The notes beneath the pieces were generated by a model. The model was not told the DNA's origin and ran no database searches. It was given only the letters and a program-made list of their open reading frames with translations. 64,000 bases of DNA from Geosiphon pyriformis uo1 (Eukaryota > Fungi > Glomeromycota), in NCBI GenBank assembly GCA_016748015.1, contig JAAOMT010000128.1, forward strand, positions 7,538 through 71,537, read 5' to 3'. This document shows positions 56,501 through 64,000 of the stretch, in pieces. Within the stretch, counting starts at the first letter, position 1. Each line of letters begins with the position of its first letter. Position numbers and translations under genes: made by a program.

Positions 56501-57390
56501 TTCTTATATCATTATTGACAAAGATTTTTTCATTAATCACCATTTCCCTAGCCTTTTTCAAACTCAATTCAGAAGTAAAAAACGATTTTATTATGTCTGG
56601 AAACTTTGAGAGAGTTGACGCCTCCCCCCCCAAAACCATCAATTTGATAAAAAATCTTTTTTACTGCAATCAACTTATTACTGTTGGTTTTTCCAGGCAC
56701 AGCAGACAGCTTTATATCTAGGGTGAAAAATTTAACTGGCTTAAAACTGCATGTATCCGCTGCATGTGATTTAATCAACAGCACAGAGCTGGCAAACTTA
56801 GAAAAAGGAAGCATTAAAACATCATCATCATCACTCATGTTATCAAACGTCGGAACCTTTGGTGGGTGCCCTAACACATATGTCTGAATACGGGTTTTTC
56901 TAGGCATTGTTTTGTTCTCATTTTCACCATGCTCAAAAGCAACCAAATCCGCATAACTGGTCTCTTCAGTGACCATATTTTCCATGTTTTCCATGTCAGA
57001 AAGACCACTAATACTGCTAGCTACACTACCTACTTCATTGTCCCAAGACACCGCAGGTTCCATTCCAGAGTTACCTATATTCAACAAATTTAATGGTCCA
57101 GCAGATGAGTCCACCATGCCTCCACTTGTTTCGGGTTTTTTTGGTTTTTTAAATGATGCACCACAGGAGTAGACACTATCCACTTGCTTTTTTTTGGTGT
57201 TTGGACAGATCCCCAAACCAGTCGAGCCAGAGCCAAAACCACCAGCAGATGAGCTCACCAGTTCCATCGCGATAAATAAAGGGTTGTTTGAAGAAATAAT
57301 TATGGGAAACAAAAAGAGATAAGAAAAGAGAAAACTATAACTTCAATAAATCTTTCGCTTTCATCGTGGCCAAGGGATTGACAAAAGAAA
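50504..57390 (-). mobile_element. Second full-length LINE, same family as 11293-18143, inactivated
   Basis: ORF1 from ATG 57267 to 55314 with one frameshift at the G-run near 56625. ORF2 pieces at 55122, 54240, 53436, 52965, 52599 and 50925 share one frame (APE, RT AFVDD, RNase H VKGHSGIPGNVEAD, CLLC). 3' tail 50640-50510 is nearly identical to 18010-18135. Confidence 0.93.
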
Positions 57391-57399
57391 AATTAATTT

Positions 57400-59005
57400 A
57401 ATTTACATAATAATAAAATTATAATTAAATACTTAATAATTAAACTATATTTTTAATATAATAATAATAATAATAATAATAAATTTTTTGCATATTTTTA
57501 TAATTATAACTTTTTTATTTTTTAAAATAATTAGTCAGTATTTTTATTAATAAAATACTTATAACTATTAAAATTATTTAATAGTACTTTATAAAAACAC
57601 TTTTTTAAGTAAAATATTTAAAAATTGGTTTTTTGCTAATTTATAATACTATTTTTATCTTTGATTAAAAGTTTTTTTCTTTTAAAATTTCTTTAAAAAA
57701 ATTTATTTAAAGCAGTTTTAATATGATTTTTATTAAAAGTTTTAAAGTATTTAATAAAAAGCCAATAATTAAGTTGTTTTTTTTTGGTTTTTTTTATTAT
57801 TATTTAAATAATTAAAAAACCCAAATTAATTTTTTAATTCTTTGCTATATTTAACAACAATTTTTTGGTGTTTTTAATATTAATTCTAATATTTTAAAGC
57901 CAATTTATTTTTTTATAAAAAATAAAACTTTAATTTTTGGTTTTTTTAGCTCTTTTACCAATTTTGTATTATTAATATTAATTATAATACTTAATTTTAT
58001 TTTGGCTATAAATAATAAAAATATATTAATTTATTTTAGTTTAAATTAATTTTTGGTTGTATTATTTAATATATTGATTTTTAATTAAATAAAAACCAAA
58101 ATTTTTTGTTTTTTGATAATACTGTTTTTAATAATACTTAAAAAACAAATATTAATTATTAAAGCTTTTTTAAATGAATTTAAGCTTAAATTAATTTATA
58201 TTAAAACTGGTTTTTAGTTTATATATAATTTTATTACTTTAAAAATAGTTTTTAAAAATAATATTAAACTGTTTTATATAAAATTTATGTTTTAAGTTTC
58301 TTAAATACTATTATTAAAATTAAATTTATTAGTTTTATTTATTTTTTTATTTTTAAAATTCTTAAATTTTTAGTAATTATTAAATTTTTAATAATTATTA
58401 AATTTATATTTTTTTTGTTGTTATTAGTTTATAAGATGTTTTTTAGTTAATAATATTAAAATATTTTTGTTGTTTTTGGTAAAATTTTTGGTATTAAGTT
58501 AAAGTTTATTGGTATTTAATAATATGTTATTGTTTATTTCAAATTTTCTAATATTATTATAATTGCTTTTGTTTGCTAATTAGTTTTGATAATAAAAAAT
58601 ACTTGTTTTTTATAATATATTTAAAACCAAGTTAATAAATTTTTTTTGATTATATAGTTTTTAAAATTAGAAAGTTGGTTTTTTAGATTTGTAATTATAG
58701 TTGTTTTATTAATAATTAAAATATGTTATTATTATTTTTAGTTTTTAAGTTAATTTAAAACTGTTATTATTAAAACTAATATTTTAAAAAAAATTATATT
58801 TGGTAAAAAACTTTTAAATATTAATATTTTGTTTTTTATTATTTAAATAAAAAAACCAATTAATATAAAATAATATAAAATAATACAAAATAACATAAAA
58901 TAATATAAATTAATTAATAATAAATTTAAATACTTAAAAATAACATAAAATAATACTAAATATTATAAAATAATAAATTATAATTAATAATAACAAAATA
59001 ATATA
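57400..59005. repeat. AT-rich desert ending in a degenerate (AAAATAATAT)n array at about 58860-59005
   Basis: About 10% GC by eye, no CpG; 10-nt periodic repeat at the right end. Confidence 0.6.
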
Positions 59006-59019
59006 AAAAATTACAAAAA

Positions 59020-61296
59020 CTCAAATTCTTTGTCTCCTTAATTTTATGACCATGACTAGAGCAAAGAGTAAAAAGGCTGTACTTGATATTTGTCCTAAGA
59101 TATCTAATAAAATTTCAACCAAAAGAGCTCTCTCTGTTGTAGAAGCAACTAGGCAAAACGTTTTAGAAGCCTTTTTTTTACCCAATAATTATGATAAGCT
59201 GCCTTTGGTAACCATTATAGCAACTTCTTCATCTTTGGCTGGTTTTTCATCAGTCAAAGTTTCCTCAAAGAGACATACTTGGATTAGTTCTAGTGTTGCC
59301 TCCACCTCTACTAAGAGCCCAAAAGTGTTTAATAATAGACTAATTAACAAACTGGTTTTCTCTTCCATAGTTTCTATATCTGGTGCTGGTAGCATCTTCT
59401 CTTCAAAAAAAATGGTCAAAAAAACCAAAAGTTCAGAAAAATGGAGGCAGTTGCTTGCCTCTGCTATTGTTACACTGAACCCCTTTGTGGTTCCCAATGA
59501 GATCTTAGATAAGATCTTCATAGCATCATCTGGCATATCATCTAAGATAGGCCTAAATCAACTACTGGCTGTGTTGCCAAATGTGGTGTCTTCTAGTAGA
59601 TCATTCCCAGTTTTAGAAGCAAAATAATCTTCTCCTGTTGGGTCACCTGTTCTTGAGAACTGGGCTGATCAAATGGAAACTGAATCATCTTCTCCTCTAG
59701 TTTCTGGTGCTATTTCTGGTGGTGCTTAAAAAACTATTGCTAGTCGCCAAAAGTTTGCTGGATGGGTGGCCTTTACTCTGGTGTTTAATGCTATTTTTAA
59801 GATCAAATTGGCTTATGTTAAGACTGTTTTTCAGTCAGTACATGGTTTTTTGGATGTAAAGTCAGTATTAAAAGACAATATGAAGCTGTTTTGTGTGAAG
59901 TTTGCTTCTCAAGTGTCTTTAAAAGCTGTATTTTTGGTTGAGCTTACAAGTTTTGTACGTTTGACTACTCTCAAAATTGTCAAATTCTTGGTAGTTTCTA
60001 AGTCTGACTCTTTTTTTGCTGCTGTTGTACTGCATAATGTGTCTTTGAATGTGTCTGCTACTAACATTAAGACAGCTTTCAGTGTTTTTGGTGTGATTAT
60101 TTATGTTGTGCTGAAGCCTACTGGTATTTGGCAGTATGTTGTGGTCCATTTTGAGAATTTGATTGCTGTTACATCTGCTCTCAATTACTAGTCAGTTTTG
60201 GTGAGCAAGGATAGTGTTCAGATCCTTTTCCTTGTAAATCAACAAGAAACAATTGTGTCTCATGATAGGTTTAAGGCCAAGTTGGTCAACCTTTTTCTTG
60301 GCTGCACTGCCTTTAAAATCAGTGATATGGTTTCTCAAATTGGTGGTCGGTCTTGTTTTATTCTTCAGTCTTCTGATTCTGGTTGTTGTTTTCATTTTGC
60401 TTTGGTTACATTTGGCTCTTAAGCTAATTTGGACCTTGCTGTTATTAAAACTAGTACACTAAGAAAGTGCTATATCTGATGGGAAACTCCTGGTTGTCGG
60501 CATTGTTTTTGGTGTCAAAAGATAGACCACTTGGCCATAGACTATAAGGTTGCTTTACTTCCCTATTTTAAGGCTCCCAAGATGTTTAAATCACATTTTG
60601 TTGGTTCTTTGTCTTATGTAAAAGCATCCATTCCTCTTGTTATTTCTGAGTTTCCTCTTTTGGTAGCTGCTGCTCCTCCTGTTGCTGTTGTAGATTCTTT
60701 GGTGTTTTCTCAACTGGCATCTCTGGAATTTGATTTGGCCAAGCTTTCTGTTTTGGTTGATTCTATTGTTAAGCCTGTTGACTCTATGGTCAAAGTTTTT
60801 GAACAATTTGTTAATGGAGATCTGGTTTTAAGTTTTGCTCTTGGCCTCAGAGTCAATGAGGTTTTGGTTTACATAAGTATTTTTAGCAGAGCTGTTGGTA
60901 AGTTGGAGCGAGAAGTGGTCACTCTGAAAACTGAGTGTGGTTTTGAGAACATTAATATGTTTGGCCCTTATGTAAGTTTGTCATCTTTTGATGATGATAT
61001 GTTTTTTAATTTGATGTCTCTTTGGAAACATGAATCTGCTACTATAAAGACTGATGCCTTTAAGACAGCTGAATAATTGGTTGGATTAATTAATAATAGT
61101 GCTATATTATTTGAGATTGTTCAAAGGATGTCTTCTTTGGGTAAGTTTTCTTTTAGTGCATCAATGTAGTATAGCCTGAACTGGCTTGAGTAGCTGGTTA
61201 TATGTAGTAAGTGTGTGAATCATATTTAGTTCTGGATCACTTAGTTTGGTCCTAATTTCTAGATAATGGTTGGGTTATATTCGTTAAACTCTTAAT
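59020..61296 (+). mobile_element. ORF1-only non-autonomous retroposon (half-LINE, HAL1-like), better preserved copy
   Basis: One reading frame 59046-61169 (707 codons; pieces at 59046, 59766, 60198 and 60531 all in frame), homologous to LINE ORF1 with a CxxC...H knuckle relic. Directly followed by the LINE-type 3' tail, with no ORF2. 14-bp TSD AAAAATTACAAAAA at 59006-59019 and 61297-61310. Confidence 0.85.
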
Positions 61297-61659
61297 AAAA
61301 ATTACAAAAAATATAAAGTTTTTAAAAGTATATTATAAAATTAAATAAATATATATATATATATATATTTTAACTTAGATAAAAATATTTTTAATTAAAA
61401 TTAAAAGATTTAAACTTAATTTTAATATATTAACTTTTTACATATATTAAATTAATTAATTTACTTGTAAACATATTTAGCATATTATTTTTTCATGAAT
61501 TAAATAATTAAATTTAAATAACTAAATTTAAAACTTTGATTATATATTGTAATTGTATTAAGATAATTAAAACAAATTAATTAATTACATTTTTGTATTA
61601 AAAAAACATAAAAATTTATTAATAACAATAATTAATATTTTAAATTTAACTATTTAAAT

Positions 61660-64000
61660 TATTATTATTATTATTAAAAATTAACAAGTATAGTTTAATT
61701 ACTATTTAATATACAGAATCAAAATTAGGGACTTTAGTTAAATGTAATATATGCTTTTACTACATGTAACCAGTTATTTAGGCTAATTAAAACAATACTA
61801 AATTCCTATTTAAACCATAACTTCTTTATTCAGATCTGAAAAAAACAAGCAAGACTTATAAAAACCAAAGTTAATCTTAAATAACTTATCAATACAAATT
61901 AATTTAAACATTTTATTTGATAAATTTGATTTTATAATATGGAACACATCAAAAACTATCTTAGAATTACTAATCAAACCACATTTTTTTATTTCTGCTC
62001 TATATTTGTATCTGAACTTCCATAATTCAGAACAATATTGTTTATTCAAACTGTACACAAAATCAACTATAATCTAAACAGTTTTTTTACAATCTTTAAA
62101 TATCTGTAAAGCTTCATAGTATTAATTTTTAAGCACAAAGTTCTTACAAAGAAAAGTATATAGTTCAATATTTAACAAATACAAAAAAAGAGACTCTACA
62201 ATTATAGAAAACAGTAGTATAAAGTTTCATTAGTGACCTTCAAATCTCAATTTGGTCAAGCAAAATTTTTTTATAAAACTTAATCTTTTTAGAGCAGATA
62301 AATACATAATTAAAAAATTCAATCTTTTCACAATATAAATACAGAATACTTGGATATTTCTTGTCTTAAAGTTTTTTTCTAACTGCAACAGGTAGTTTTT
62401 TATGAACCATTTTCATAAAATATGTGCACAAACCAGTTAAAGCCTTATTTGTAAAGTCTAATAGTATGTGTAAATTTGGATATCAAACTGCAATAGTTTA
62501 ATTTCAATCAATATTTCAAACCAAAAAATTATTTAATATTTTGAAACCAAGTCCAACTTTCTACTAGACACAATTTATTAATCTATATATATTCCAAATA
62601 AAATAATAAATATTATTAGATATTTTCAAATCATTAATTATAACAAAACATTTATACATATTACTGAACAGCAACAGAGAAAAACAGACAGCTTTGTATG
62701 CTAAAACATTCACATAAACATTGCTTAAAACACCTGAATGTCTTTTAATCTTTGACCAAATTACTAAAAAATCTTTATCTCTAACCAAGTTAACAATAAG
62801 TTTTCTTTTTATTTAGCAACAGTTTCAAAAATCAGAATCTGACAATCTTAATTCTGAAACATATGTATCTAAAGTGGTCTAACTGTCTAAATATAAAACT
62901 ACAGTACAAAAAAATAACACATATTTTAAAACTAAAGCAATAACTTGCAATTTAGCTATTGTTAATAACAATAATTTATGAATTTTGACACTAATATCCA
63001 AGTTAATTTTAGAAAAATATGCAATAGTTCTATCAACTACAGCAGAAAAATCTAAATTCACTAAAAACTTATCTGTATAAACATTGATTGCACTTGACTA
63101 AATCTCAGAAATACATTTTTTCAAAATTGAAAACTGATTTGTTAACAAAACACTATTATTTTCTGCATCAAAAACCACATTAAAAAAGACTAGAATAAGA
63201 CTAGTATTACATAAAAAGTTTAACACCAAAGTAAACCAAGAAAGTACAGACCCCCTAGAATTTAATCTTTTCTAATGACAAAATGTTTTCCAATCTATAA
63301 CTTTGTTATATTTATTTAAAAATCTGTTATAAAAAGCCACATTAAATTTTTTTAAAGAAGTTATCTTGTTAAAATATAGAAAAGTATTCAAAATATGTAA
63401 CATAAAAAACTTGTCAAGACTAAAAAATACATAAGACAAATTATTCAATAATAAGAGATTATTATTTAAAAAAATACATATTACTCTAGCCAAAAAATTA
63501 TTAAAAAGACTAATTCATAACCTAACTGAATATTATAAAAAATTCAAAGAAGCTTAGTTCAAAATCTGCAGATTCAAAAATCTGTGATCAAAAAGCTAAC
63601 CAAAAATACCAACAGTATTTGTAAAAGCAACAATTAAAGTAACTTTTTCTTTAGTTTGAACTTGTTTAAATGTTTTTAGATTATACAATAAAGAGTAGTA
63701 CAGTGTTTTATTAAGAAAATCATGTAACAAATTAGTTTTTAACTTAAAACTCCTTCTAATTAAAACATTCTATTGACAGCAAATTTTAGAAAACATAAAA
63801 CTAAACTGTATTTAATATTTAATAATAAATTGCAAAATGTCTAAAACCAAATAAGAAAATTGTTTATCTATAATAGTTTTTTTTAATACTAAATTCAAAA
63901 AAAACTTGATATTAAACTAAGTCTTGATTAAACTAAGCTTGAATAAACTATCTGTTGATAAAAAAATACCTAAATATCTGTATAGCACATCTCTTTTGGC
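61660..64000 (-). mobile_element. Decayed LINE 3' half (RT end, RNase H, CCHC, tail with (TAA)n), running off the window
   Basis: Relics LTIAKLQVIALVL...LYLDS (62879), VRDKDF...KIKRHSG (62564), IDWKTFCH (63272), KSCLFFSDL (61810); tail at 61680-61800 is homologous to the other LINE tails. Confidence 0.85.

Noticed and set aside
57335-57385. Hammerhead-like string at the LINE 5' end (minus strand AATCCCTTGGCCACGATGAAAGCGAAAGATT)
   Set aside because: The core is ACGATGA rather than CTGATGA, there is no UH cleavage site or proper stem II, and it is absent from the other full-length copy.
58860-59005. CRISPR-like or telomeric array
   Set aside because: Simple degenerate 10-nt AT repeat with no spacers, in a eukaryotic context.

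Overview
Eukaryotic, AT-rich, intron-rich fungal DNA. Gene style and TE content suggest an early-diverging fungus (Mucoromycota/Glomeromycotina, possibly Geosiphon-like); this is an inference. Five host genes are supported: a Sec24C/D(Sfb3)-type COPII subunit (2985-7593 +), an intronless perilipin/CAP20-like protein (34042-35532 +), a Kic1/Nak1-type Ste20 kinase (37844-41611 +), tRNA dimethylallyltransferase MOD5 (45074-42307 -) and exocyst SEC3 (45293-49930 +). The rest is a transposon graveyard: two full-length LINEs (ORF1 RRM+CCHC; ORF2 APE-RT-RNaseH-CCHC), four more decayed or partial LINEs, two LTR copies, two Tc1/mariner derivatives and extremely AT-rich deserts. Two things stand out. 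(1) A family of ORF1-only half-LINEs (two copies, with TSDs) carries the same structured 3' tail as the autonomous LINEs, including a covarying stem-loop. (2) The repeats show RIP-like hypermutation: nearly all C>T/G>A, almost no indels, not limited to CpG or CpA, with a graded decay down to AT deserts, in a lineage where I am not aware that RIP is established. Also noted: an MCB/SCB-like motif cluster before a truncated Tc1 transposase, a long structured first intron in MOD5, and an apparently spliced uORF-rich leader or lncRNA upstream of KIC1. All counts and alignments were done by eye.
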